DNA of 63,984 nucleotides, filler included, from Octopus bimaculoides (GCF_001194135.2; 5 parts of 5 records of this genome joined end to end with filler, not necessarily neighbours in it), one strand, 5' to 3'; numbered from the whole stretch's first letter, positions 1 to 11,649 are shown. Notes: a model not told the origin generated them from the letters alone. Program-made: numbers and translations.

Positions 1-209
1 CTGTCTGTTTTTTATGTTTTATTTATATTCCTGCAGAACCAATGTGGGGTATAGAATATGGAATATACAATATATAATATAATATACAATATATAATATA
101 AAATAAAATAAAATAAAAATGAATGGCACCATGAAATAAAGTATTGAATGTAGATGAAATATTGAGTGTTCAATATAAAGGATCAAATATATAAATATAA
201 ATATATAAA

Positions 210-249
210 GGCGACTCGAGTTTCAGGGCTATTTCCCTTCGTCATGGCC
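210..249 (-). ncRNA. Minimal type-I hammerhead-like motif
   Basis: Minus strand GGC C(A)UGACGA AGGG-AAAUAG-CCCU GAAA CUCGAG UC GCC. Stem II is 4 bp, stem III is the perfect palindrome ACUCGAGU, cleavage triplet GUC, stem I GGC/GCC. One extra A in the core. Confidence 0.6.
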
Positions 250-519
250 GGTATGACAGACTTTAACAGACTTTATATGGAAGTTTATTACCTATGTAAA
301 CATTTCTGTATAAGGTCAAATTCAACTCTTAATTCAAGTTGAATAAATTACTTTACACATCCTCAGGGATATAAATTTCAAATTTTGATATATAACCAAG
401 GAGATCGATTCATAAGGAATTTATTATAGACCTTTGTGGACGGATTTTTGCTATTTTGGTAACGATTACATGTTTTATCTTACCAATACATTCGGTAGAT
501 ATCATTATATGAACATATA

Positions 520-720
520 TATATAGTAAATCCCCACCAAAAGAAACGAAGAACAAGCACAAGAAAAAACAACAACGCGAGGACGTGGTACATGCAAGGT
601 ATTAGCAGACGCTTATAGAAGGGAAGAAAGGTAGTTTTATGTTGCGAGCAAAGCTCTTCGTCAGAAACAGGAGACGGAGGAGAGTCCCAGAGAAAAGTTA
701 AGATGGAGTGAAAAAATTGC
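520..720 (-). mobile_element. Short Penelope-like/retrozyme-like repeat (family F) with degenerate hammerhead at 634-668
   Basis: Similar to 8595-8760. Minus strand GUUU CUGACGA A GAGC-UUU-GCUC GCAA C AUA AAAC (GAAA changed to GCAA). Confidence 0.55.
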
Positions 721-739
721 CAACGATCCACACATAGGG

Positions 740-860
740 GTTTTTCACACAGTTGCTTCTACGAAATTTACTCACAAGACCTTGGGTCAAGGTACTACGC
801 TGTGGAACTGATCTCGAAACCACATGATTAGAAAGCGAGGTTCTTAACCTCACAGAAGTA
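740..860 (-). mobile_element. Degenerate SINE family B head
   Basis: ctacgaaatttactcacaagaccttgggtc...aaccacatg resembles the reverse complement of the family B head. Confidence 0.5.
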
Positions 861-869
861 CATAAGGTA

Positions 870-1090
870 ACAAACTAGTAGAATTGGCCGAGCGTCAGAA
901 AAATGTCTGAATGTGAAGTGCCGGCCTTTTCTCCGGTTCTTTACATTCTGCGTTCAAAACCCTGCAGGGGTTAATTTTGTTTTTCCTTCCTTCAGAATAG
1001 ATAAAATAAAGCATCAGTCAAGTACAGGAGATTGAGGTTATCGATTAGTGCCACGCCCTCAAAATTGTTAACCTTATTCTTAAATCCGAA
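870..1090 (+). mobile_element. Degenerate SINE family C
   Basis: ctttacattctgcgttcaaaacc...gataaaataaagcatcagtcaagtac aligns by eye to family C at 12163-12378. Confidence 0.6.
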
Positions 1091-1744
1091 AGAATTATTT
1101 TCCAAGCAAATGACTGTTGTAAGATCTTTAATCTGATATATAAAAAAACAGCATTTAAAACTTTCTTGGGAAAGTTTTCTTTTAAGGGAGGCAACTCCTA
1201 CAATAAGGGAAATAACTGTCATTATTTTGTTGCGTCTGGGGAGAGTCATTTTCTTTTTGTGCCTTATAACTTAACACACCCACCGGTAAAATTTCCACAT
1301 ATTTCTTATTTTTATTTTCCTAAAATTTTCGTTGCGTCTTGCAACCTTTTCAACAGTCTTTAACACACGAACTCACATGAAGAATCTTGCAAACCAAATC
1401 CAAAAACGAATTATGTCATTATTGCTATATTTTGGGACACATTTTTTTCCTTATTGCCAAATAAACACATGTACTATACTGTATATTCGTCCTTCATTCA
1501 TTTATTGTTGTTCTTATTTCATTTTACGGATCTTTCTGGTTTGACGGGCAACACTTTTCATTTATGTTTTATGTAGTGTTTTTGGTAGAAAACAAGTGGT
1601 GCCCATCAAATCAGAAAGATCCCATTTTACTTCCACTGTGACATCTTCAGTGACTCTTCCATCCCACGTGTATCTCCCTGTTCTGTTTAGTCCAATAATT
1701 ATGTTATTACTTTTACTTTTATTTTTTATCTTTTACTTGCTTCA

Positions 1745-1940
1745 ATCAAAAGATTCCTGCCATATTGTGGTACAGCCTTACAAAATTTTAGTCGAACGAA
1801 TTGACCCCAATATTTATTTTTCTTAAGCCTCTGGAGGATTTTTTTTTTGCTGAACCGCTAAGTTACGGCGACGTAAACACATCAACACCGGTTCTCAAGC
1901 AGTGTTGTGGGTACAAACACTCACACACACACACGTATCA
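1745..1940 (-). mobile_element. SINE family B 3' half
   Basis: gctgaaccgctaagttacggcgacgtaaacacatcaacaccgg is the reverse complement of the family B tail. Confidence 0.75.
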
Positions 1941-2009
1941 CGTGATCGACCAGACTATTGGAGGTTGTTGTACATCGCTGGTCACAATGTGCTTTGCATC
2001 GTTTTAGCT

Positions 2010-2165
2010 TTCGAATGTTGCCACCCCGCTAGCTAGGCGAGCAGGCCAACATTCCCCACTGATTGCAGGATTATCCATTTACGGCTGAGTGGACTGGAAC
2101 ATAACGCGCAGCTGGTCTGGGAATCGAAACCTCGATCTCACGATCGTGAGTGTCACACGCCCTCA
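2010..2165 (-). mobile_element. tRNA-head SINE fragment (family D)
   Basis: gctgagtggactggaac...ggtctgggaatcgaaacctcgatctcacgatcgtgag carries a B-box on the minus strand; related to 52210-52420 and 44290-44700. Confidence 0.65.
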
Positions 2166-2197
2166 CGCACTCACACACACACACACANNNNNNNNNN

Positions 2198-2261
<64 letters not shown>

Positions 2262-3420
2262 TGATCATTTCAAATCGCACTGTAGTCGATTTGACGTTCC
2301 TACTGTAGCGGAGTGACTTTGATGGAATCTGCATCCATCTTTCCTAAATTTCCGCTTATTTATTCCTGATTTGACTTCTGTGTTCGCGTTCATTTTCAAA
2401 AATAAAATTTATTTTCTTACTTGTGTTAATAACATCTATTAATTTTAAACGAAAATAATTTCTCTCCCAACATGGTTCCACATTTGTTACTGCAATGTTC
2501 AGAACTGCTTAATTAAATTGCCTCTCTTATTTTGTTACGCGTTATCTCCCTTATAGTTTTAAACCTGAACTCCTTTATTTAAAATTAAGCCGAAACATTA
2601 AAAAAAACTTTAGGGCCAATCAGAGTCTTTGTTGTAGACTTGCCGTCCTCGACGCTGCGATCTGTGGTACTCTGGAATCAGTGATAGAAGCAGCCATGAT
2701 TTTCAGTTTGATTTTGCTGTCTCTGCTGCCTGTATGAAATTAACTTATTTTAAAATTGATACATTTCCTCTTATGAAACTAGTAGGCTCTCAGGCGACAT
2801 TTACCGATACACATCGTAAATGAGCTTTCTGTTCGGCACCACCAACTGATTTCTTCTCCACCCTCTCAGCTGGACAGAGCTCCAGGATAGTCCTGTAATG
2901 ATCGTGGTTTTCAAGTATAGCCAGGTCTATGCGTGCCCTTTAACCCACTTTACCACATGTTTCCGGTTACTTTCGCGCTTTCCATTTTCCGTTTCTGTTG
3001 CACAAAGATGACAATAAGCCAACGATCGACATTCGCACTTAATATCTTTGACCAAAATCCTCGTAATTCTGAGAGTCTTGTTCTACAGTACCAGTTTATA
3101 GTTTGCAGTGTGACGTACTATCATTGGCTTTCTGTTCGTTTCCGTCTCAAAGAATAGGCGCACTCAATATGCTGTGCTTCGGTTGAGGAAATACACATTC
3201 TTTCACACTTCGGCTAGAAATTTCTTGCAATAGTTTTGACGGCATTGGAAAACCTCCCCGTTGTTTGAAAAACAGCGATATACCACCTCTTTCTTAGATA
3301 CATTCTTCGGGTAAAGAAGTACTCGTTTTTGTAACATATCTTTTCCATGCATTTTCTTTTGCCTTGGGTTGAGTGGGTCAAGTATTTATTTAAGGCTTGC
3401 AGCAACAGCTGTTGTTGTTG

Positions 3421-3452
<32 letters not shown>

Positions 3453-4322
3453 GGTGGTGGGTGATGGTGGTGGCGGTGGTGTTGCTGCTTCTGGTGATTT
3501 GTTGTGATTTAAATTTGCATTTTCGTCATATTTTCATTTATTCTTGTCAAATTCTATATGTTTATGTTGGTACTTGTCTGTTTGTTTAAATATTATTTTG
3601 TTTTCTGTTTATCTTTTTGTTTTTATTAATGCGTTTTGTGTTTTCAAAGCTTTGGCGACGAATGGTCGTATTCACTACGGCTAATTTCGAGGCTATCGTT
3701 CCTCCTGCAATCCCAGAGGCGGCCATATTGAATTACTAATAAACAAACCAAAATATGTGCACGTATGATAAAAATTATTAGAGAAATAAAGAAACGAAAT
3801 ATATTTTCTTGGAGCATGAGAAAGGAGTGGGCGTTTAAATACTCTGATATGTTTATTTTTTATTATTAAGCAGTCCTAGAAAATATATTCTAAGTGGCTC
3901 TCAGTGAAAAGTCACAAGTCACAGTAAATACCACAACTACGACGACGACGACGACGACGACAACCATCACCACTACTACTATTACCAAGGATTCCCGCAA
4001 CAACCACCATAACAAACATAATAATAATAATAATAATAATAATAATTGAAACTAAATCATGAGAAAAGTTGTTTTTTTTCTTTTTCACAATATCTGATAT
4101 CAACAACTTTGCATATAGCTTGTATTTCAAGAATGGTAAGGAGCCAGCCTCAAAAGGCGGTGTACAATGGTGTGGTTGTATGCGGGTTTAATCGCAGTTC
4201 TTGTAGCAGATGGAAGTACAAAGATTATGGAATATTAAGAAATTAATAACTCTTATTTACGAAAACAAGATCAATAACAACAACAGCAGCAGCAGCAGCA
4301 GCAGCAACAACAACAACAACAG

Positions 4323-4832
4323 GTTAGTGAGGCTCTTGCACCCCCTCTCCTATTAAAAGCGCCCACGCCCACCCGATCGAAATGTTCGTCTAAGACAGCG
4401 TTCCAATCCCCAGCTAGCACTAAAGTGCGAGACGTGCCAGGGAAAAACACCAGACGCTTGAAATAATCAGACTGCCCTGCTCCTGTCGGATGGGAAGGCA
4501 GCCAGTAGTCTGAAGACACCACCGTCACTACCGTCCACGTCCAGGACAACCAACTTACCCTCTGGATCCAGGAAGACTGCCTTTATTTTCAAATCCAGGC
4601 CTCTCCGAAATAGCACCGCAGGACCACCACCGCCCGCTCCCGGCCAACACGGAGATAGAAAAATCTCGTATCCGCGGAAAAGGGCTGCGAGTTCCCGCGA
4701 GTCGGAGAACCTGGTTTCGCTAATGGCTCCTACATCCACACTGTAAGACCTCAGGTCGTTTAAGAGGTGACCTTGTTTCCAAGGCGACCCGAGGCCTCTC
4801 ACATTTATGCTACCGATTCTGAGCACAACCAT
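4323..4832 (-). mobile_element. Tx1/L1-clade LINE ORF2 N-terminal AP-endonuclease fragment (frameshifted)
   Basis: MVVLRIGSINVRGL...DVGAISETRF...G.AVLFRR, then in another frame LVLAGDWNAVLD..DR. These are APE domain motifs I-V. Confidence 0.9.
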
Positions 4833-4974
4833 GTTTCAAAAAAAAAGATTTATGCAGCTTTCCCCCTTGTATTTTGTATGCTATCGGCACAAGGCCTGAA
4901 ATTTTGTGGGAGGGGTCTAGTTAATTACATTGTCCCCAATGCTCAACTGTGTTGTGGTATATTCAACCGTTTAC

Positions 4975-5117
4975 ATTATGATACTATATGGAGGCAGTTG
5001 TTTTAATCGAACTGTTTCTGCTTCTGGTAAATCCCATTTAGACCGAATAAACTGAAGGCTGCCCGTGACATAGTCAACTGGGACTGGTACGTCTTCAAAT
5101 TTTTCTTTTAATTTCAA
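4975..5117 (-). CDS. Candidate coding exon 4 of an unnamed minus-strand gene
   Basis: Acceptor ttaacag| gives phase-0 LKLKEKFEDVPVPVDYVTGSLQFIRSKWDLPEAETVRLKQLPPYSII; other frames are closed. Donor uncertain (AAT|GTAAAC at 4975/4974, or ATA|GTATCA). No family recognised. Confidence 0.45.
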
Positions 5118-5975
5118 CTGTTAACCATACAGTATAATTGGTTAAAATTACCAACACGTGTTTCTGCTGTATAGAGAATGTGCAGTTGTGTATGCAACTT
5201 GCAATTTTCTGCAACATTTTTCATATCATATGAATGTCGGATCAGGAGTGGCCTGGAATTAAACAGCATCATCATCAGCAACAACAAAAAAAGTCATTAG
5301 CAACAATAATACAAGCAACAGAAACAGCAACAACAAATACAATAAAAAACAACAACGACTACAAAAATTATTGCAGCTGCAACAATAAAAGCAACAACAA
5401 CAACTCTTTACATCTTGATTATTTTCAAAGATACTTAATTTATCTGGGAAAATTCAAACTTAGATAATTGCTTTTCTGTTTCATTATATATCACACTCCT
5501 AACTTAATTTCCTGTAGAAACAACTAAAACAAAACAAAAAGGACAAAAATATGAATAAAACAGAAAACACCCTTAAAAATTATATTATTTCTACCCTCTT
5601 AAATCTATCTCCATGTTCCCTAACCCTTACCTAAAAACATCAACATGAGTCCTTATTTCTTTGTAAAGGACCATCTCCCCACCCACGTAGCTTAACATTC
5701 TTGCCATTTGTAGATAGGACTTTGGAATAGAAGCATCCTAAGAATGTCTGGAACAAGAAAAGTCTCTAGACTGTAGATTCTCTAGTTACACAGCTAGTAG
5801 AGATAAATGGATGGATTTAATAAGTTACAAGTGGTTATGGATGGTGGTGGTAGTGGTGAGAGGGTGGGGATGGGGGTGATTGTAGTGTTGAGTGGAAGTA
5901 TTAATAGAGGTAGTGGTTTTGACTTGAGAAACCAGTGGTAAATCGCACACACCCACCACACACATAAACGCACAG

Positions 5976-6008
<33 letters not shown>

Positions 6009-6186
6009 TGTGTGTATATTGTATATGTGTGTGTGTGTGGATTTATGTATATTTACATATACATACATACGTGTGTGTGTGTGTGTGTGTGTGTGTACAA
6101 GAGAAGGTAAAATAATTCTTTTTTTGGAATATATATCTCGAAGCACACTCAAAAAGCTATAAATGGTAACGTAAATATTGGGCTGA

Positions 6187-6370
6187 AAATCCCATTTAGA
6201 CCGAATAAACTGAAGGCTGCCCGTGGCATAGTCAACTGGGACTGGTACATCTTCAAATCTTTCTTTTAATTTCAACTGTTAATCATACAGCATAATTGGT
6301 TAAAATTACCAACACGTGTTTCTGCTGTATAGAGAATGTACAGTTGTGTATGCAACTTGCAATATTCTGC
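6187..6370 (-). repeat. 184-bp local duplicate of 5029-5212 (acceptor plus first 89 nt of candidate exon 4)
   Basis: Offset 1158 bp, 7 substitutions in 184 bp counted by eye. Confidence 0.95.
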
Positions 6371-6656
6371 TATGCACCTTCGTTCAAGGTCTTGTGGGCC
6401 GAAGCGATCTGAATTAATTTATGCGTAGCTACCTTATTTCTTTATTTTTACTAGGGTTTTAGATACAAAAAGAAAGTGAAGGGGTGATTTTGAAACTTTA
6501 TGTGGCTATAAAATTTACTTTATATCTAACCTCATGTTAACCTTAATTCCAGCATGAAATGGTTTCGTTTTCAGCTTTTAAAACATATGTGTTATTTGTA
6601 TACGCATATATACATACATTCATACATACATGTATGTATGTATGTATACACACATT

Positions 6657-6716
<60 letters not shown>

Positions 6717-6928
6717 ATAACTGGCCCTCCTTCGGTTACGACGAAGAGTTTTCTATTGAACCGAGAACAGTATACTTGTGAGTTTAACTAGCAATAGGAT
6801 GAACACCCTACAGGGGCTCAGTGAGACCCAATGTGACAACGATAGGTTTTTTAATTACAGATACAACTGGTTTTGCCACTTGCATGATCTAGATCAACGT
6901 GAAATAAACTGTTTTCACCAGAAAGCTG

Positions 6929-6981
6929 TGTAACACAAGCTTTCAATGTAACACAAGCTTTCAATGTAACACAAGCTTCAA
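6929..6981. repeat. 18-bp tandem repeat x3
   Basis: tgtaacacaagctttcaa x2 plus tgtaacacaagcttcaa. Confidence 0.95.
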
Positions 6982-7116
6982 TGAGCAGAAGTACCAATGA
7001 GACTATGTAGAACTGCTAACGTATTTCAGCAGATTGTGCTTCCTTAGTGACAGACACTGCTTCAAGGAACAGAAGTTCCGGCTGGGTGGTACCTGTAACT
7101 AAGGAAGCTCACTCAC

Positions 7117-7189
7117 CCTGAAACACGTGCTTAGCAGTTCGGTGACGTCATTCAGAGACTAGCTCAACGTGCTTTTGCACACAAGATAT
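7117..7189 (-). CDS. Candidate exon 3 (73 nt) with in-frame TAG at 7161-7159
   Basis: Strong acceptor ttttttactcag| and donor AGG|GTGAGT. Phase 2 to 0 reading YLVCKSTLS*SLNDVTELLSTCFR fits both neighbouring exons. Confidence 0.45.
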
Positions 7190-7560
7190 CTGAGTAAAAA
7201 AAATTTTTTTCCTGTGACGTTTAGCGCAGACATCTCTCTACATTCGAATAAACACGAGCGTTCTAAATATAAGTACACACAGCTTTATCTTAATCGTCGC
7301 CGCTTAGAGTGCTTATAATATATTGATTTCAGCTTGAGAAAGACTTAACACACATTAGCAAATGTACTTTTTGCTGTTTTTAGGTAGAAGACCGGGTTAT
7401 AAAAAGACTGAAGCAGTGTTCCAATGGCCCTTGTAATACCGAGAAATGACCAACATGTTACATTTAAGTCTTGTATTCGCAATTAGGGTCTTTTGTTGTA
7501 TTTGTGGCTGTCATGATTTTGGAATGGTTTGGATGCTTTCCTTGTTACTAAATACTTTAC

Positions 7561-7662
7561 TGTCTGAACTGGGTGTATTTTATCGTGTCGCCGACACGAA
7601 GAAGGCAGTTTTCTAGAACTGAAGTGTCCCCTCTACCCTGTTTCAGCTTTAATTCAATGTTT
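7561..7662 (-). CDS. Candidate exon 2 (102 nt)
   Basis: aatttcag| ... ACA|GTAAAG. Phase 2 to 2, NIELKLKQGRGDTSVLENCLLRVGDTIKYTQFR. Confidence 0.4.
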
Positions 7663-8490
7663 CTGAAATTTACGTCTGCTCCGTGCAATTAGGACAACTC
7701 TTAGTTCGTAACATGTTTAATTTCGAACTGCCCAAATTCCAAGATAGATCACTGTTACTACAGCTATGATATCACAAGCCTCCATGGGGAGGAACCCAAC
7801 GTTTGTCAAGCAGTCCTCACATTCTTAGGGATGAGAAGGCATATTGTTGGTGGTAATGAGGCTGGCTGTATGGTACAAGACAGAAGGGCTGTTGAAACTG
7901 AGGTCCTGGGTAAGAGGGAAAACTTTGGCTATTGAATAGCTAAGTATAAATGCCTAGCGTAAAGTTTGCGGAGGAAAAGGTCTACAGATGATGTTTGCAT
8001 TAGATGTGTTTGCTAATTCTCTTCTCCGATTTTATCAATTCTATGAAATGTGCCAAATGTTTTCTGCTGACTGTGTAATATAATAATTAACAATTTAATA
8101 ATCAACAAGAGACAATTATTCACATGAGAACTTATCTCATCTTTACCAGCTTTCTACATCTCCAAGTATTTCATTATCAGTCTGTCCTCGCCTCGTAACG
8201 GAAATATGATTCCTCCGTACAATTTGGTGAGAACCGACAATATCTTCCGATCGTCATCGTCTGATTAAGTCCTTAATTCTCCAATGAGGGGTGGTACAAG
8301 CGGAACAAGAACAATCCTAGTTGATAGGAGGTTTTATAGAAAAGGATAAATTTCTACTACAAACTGTAATTTAACAATTAACAACAGTTATTCACTAAAA
8401 GTCAATTTAATTTTTCTCTTTCTCTCAATATAAACATATATACATATACATACATAAACACAGACATATACATATGCGTGTCTGCTTCTG

Positions 8491-8555
<65 letters not shown>

Positions 8556-8594
8556 GTATATATATATATGTATATATATATATGGGAGAATATA

Positions 8595-8759
8595 CAAATA
8601 ATAACAACAGACGAGGACAGGTGGTGTAAATAACAAAAGTATATATTAGTATGACGCTCGGGAATACGGAAAGTCTTTGACGTTTCGAGCTACGCTCTTC
8701 AACAGAAAGAATACGGAGACAAGGAGAAAAACACGGAGAAAAAAAATTGAATAGTGTTC

Positions 8760-8760
<1 letters not shown>
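8595..8760 (-). mobile_element. Family F short repeat with minimal hammerhead at 8674-8710
   Basis: Minus strand UCUUU CUGUUGA A GAGC-GUA-GCUC GAAA C GUC AAAGA. Stem I 5 bp, loopless stem III, GUC site, A6 changed to U. Confidence 0.65.
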
Positions 8761-8811
<51 letters not shown>

Positions 8812-8844
8812 ATGTACGTACGTATATACGCATTAATGCATGTA

Positions 8845-9640
8845 TTTCTCCTATTTTTTAATTATTATAAATCTTCCACTGAGGAGGGACCCGGTTTCCA
8901 ACAAAGATACAAGGCTTTAGCTTTGGGATGTAGTTAACACAGACAAATTCACATTTGGAACTTGAGAAAGTCTTGCATATTTTTACTGATCCACTCACAA
9001 ATTGCACTTGTAATGAACAAATTAGCCGGTCGATTTCTCTTTCTAAAAATCCTAGTTTATCCAGTTTCTCCTTTAAGCATTTACTAACAAAACCTAGTGC
9101 TCCAATTGTTATTGGTATGAATATGAATTCATAGTCTGGATATAGAAGCTGGAGGTTTCGAAACAGTTGTCCATAGATATATCCTCTTTTTCTCTGATTT
9201 TCAAAGAGATATTTCTATCTGTAGGGCAGCTAACCTATATTATAGTACATACCTTTGCCTCTCTGTCCCAAACAACAATATCCGGCCTGTTATGCTTACA
9301 TTTGACAGACATTTTGATGGGCATATTCCACCAGTATTCCTTGAGTTGGTGTTTATGAATATACTCCATAACGGAGGGATTTTCTAAGTTTATTTCAGGA
9401 CCGTCAATTTAGCGGATGGCATTGTAAATTGTTTTAGCAACAATATCGTGCCGCATAAGGAAGTAGTACCGAGATGACATTTTAGGACAGCTGCTAATCA
9501 CATGTCTTCCACAGAAACATAACATAGCCTACGCATGTAGTTGCACCTAGGGAGTGCAAGGGCGTCACTGCTTCTCTTGTTCATCAGGTGCTTTCTGGCA
9601 ATCTCCTGTTCCTGGATTGCAAACACATAGCCTTCAAAGA
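8845..9640 (-). mobile_element. 5'-truncated R4/Dong-like non-LTR retrotransposon (Zn knuckle plus restriction-like endonuclease)
   Basis: EGYVFAIQEQEI...SSCP...RHDIVAK...HNRPDIVVWDRE...VSCP...IPITIGALG...SGSVKICK, with stops and frameshifts. Both ends abut (ATGT/TA)n microsatellite. Confidence 0.9.
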
Positions 9641-9817
9641 TGTATGTATGTATGTATGTATGTATGTATGTATGTATGTATGTATGTATGTATGTACCTT
9701 TATGTGGATACCTATTGTAATAACTGTACACAGAGATTGTGATTTTTCAATGTGTATGTACGCACAATACACATACATACACACATATGCATATAAGACA
9801 AATAAATTAAATCTATA

Positions 9818-10658
9818 CAGGGTGCAGTGAATAAATTGTCGTCTAAATTATGTAAAAATGAAAACAACACTGACATCTCATTTTAATATATATATTTACC
9901 AAAATTATACAAAAATATCTTGAAATACTAAAGAGTAAATTTATTCAATAAAATCGCCATTGGCTTCAAACACGACTTCGGAATCTCCTGCAACTCATCT
10001 GGACGGTCTCCTAGTTTAAGTTGATGAATGCTGTCATAATCCTTACCTTCAGTTCACCTTTGGTGTTACAAGGAGTTGGTCTCTCGTTCAACTGCGCCTC
10101 ACACGTAATAATCAAGGGAGTTGCAGTCTGGGGAGTTAGGGGTAATGTAGTCGCAGAAATAGTCTGACAACCATGACTGGGTTCTCCTGCTTGTGTGATA
10201 CAGTGCAGAGTCCTGTTGCCAGACATAGGATCTTCCAGCAGCCACCCTCTTGACCCAGAGCAGCACTACCTCCAGCAGGCACTTGATGTAATTCTCCATG
10301 TTAAGTCTGAGGCTGTGTGGGAAGATGAATGGAAGATAACGTCGCCATCACTAGTGATCACTCCAAACACCATTATGTTGACTGGATGTTTGATTTTTAT
10401 TACTCTTGGTATATGTCCTCAGATTGACACCCAAACACGCTTAAATGTTCGTATTGGAGCTTCCGGCGCGAATAGCAAGTACTACAGCATGTCGATTCCA
10501 AATTTCTGACAGAATGAATTGCATCATGGTGCTGTTTTTCTCACAGACGGTGTCCAACTGACCCGACAATACTGTGTAGTCGACAAAATCCAAAGCAAAC
10601 ATTACGCATGCGCAAAATAAAAAATACAAAATGACGACAATTTACCCATCGCATCCTG
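9818..10658 (-). mobile_element. Internally deleted Tc1/mariner (DD37D/maT-like) element, 841 bp
   Basis: TA flanks at both ends; 26-bp TIR CAGGGTGCAGTGAATAAATTGTCGTC (21/26 match). Remnants KHPVNIMVFGVITSDG and YVWQQDSA.YHTS...NSPDCNSLDYYV. Confidence 0.92.
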
Positions 10659-10673
10659 TATATATACGTATAA

Positions 10674-10714
<41 letters not shown>

Positions 10715-11114
10715 NNNNNNNNNNNNNNNNNNNNNNNNNNNNNNNNNNNNNNNNNNNNNNNNNNNNNNNNNNNNNNNNNNNNNNNNNNNNNNNNNNNNNN
10801 NNNNNNNNNNNNNNNNNNNNNNNNNNNNNNNNNNNNNNNNNNNNNNNNNNNNNNNNNNNNNNNNNNNNNNNNNNNNNNNNNNNNNNNNNNNNNNNNNNNN
10901 NNNNNNNNNNNNNNNNNNNNNNNNNNNNNNNNNNNNNNNNNNNNNNNNNNNNNNNNNNNNNNNNNNNNNNNNNNNNNNNNNNNNNNNNNNNNNNNNNNNN
11001 NNNNNNNNNNNNNNNNNNNNNNNNNNNNNNNNNNNNNNNNNNNNNNNNNNNNNNNNNNNNNNNNNNNNNNNNNNNNNNNNNNNNNNNNNNNNNNNNNNNN
11101 NNNNNNNNNNNNNN

Positions 11115-11175
<61 letters not shown>

Positions 11176-11649
11176 AGAGAGATCAATTATCGTCTAATCT
11201 GGATGGGATTGGGCGCAGCTAGATTTAAACGCTTATGTTATGACATGCCGTGAATCACGACGGCGCCTCTTCTGTTCAGTCAGGTTATTGTCGTGTTATG
11301 TAACATGTTGAATAATTAATAAGAGAAAGAGTTATCTTCAACAGTGTTTATTAATAACACAGCATAATATACATAATGTACAATTTGTTAAATGCTGGTT
11401 AAGTGTATGAATCATGAAACGATGAAATGTCAAAAGATAAGAACTGAATATATTATATAAATTTGAACGTAGTTGACGTTTACAACAGGAATAATCTCTT
11501 AGAGGAAAAGTTGAAGGATGAGAATTATCTGATTAAATGTAGATACACAGATAGATACATAGCCATTGGCCGCAATCAGGACAATCTTTCAAGACAGTTG
11601 AATTCCAGTATTTCTGAAAGCGTACCAAGATGCTCTACAATGTTCAAAG

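Noticed and set aside
6728-6768. Hammerhead-like tcggtt ACGACGA agagttttctatt g aaccga
   Set aside because: No GAAA or stem III and a degenerate core; at most a deleted remnant.
7663-7700. LHGADVNFRN, an ankyrin-like motif upstream of candidate exon 2 on the minus strand
   Set aside because: A stop lies immediately upstream and no TPLH-type continuation follows; probably chance, though it weakens certainty about the exon 2 acceptor.
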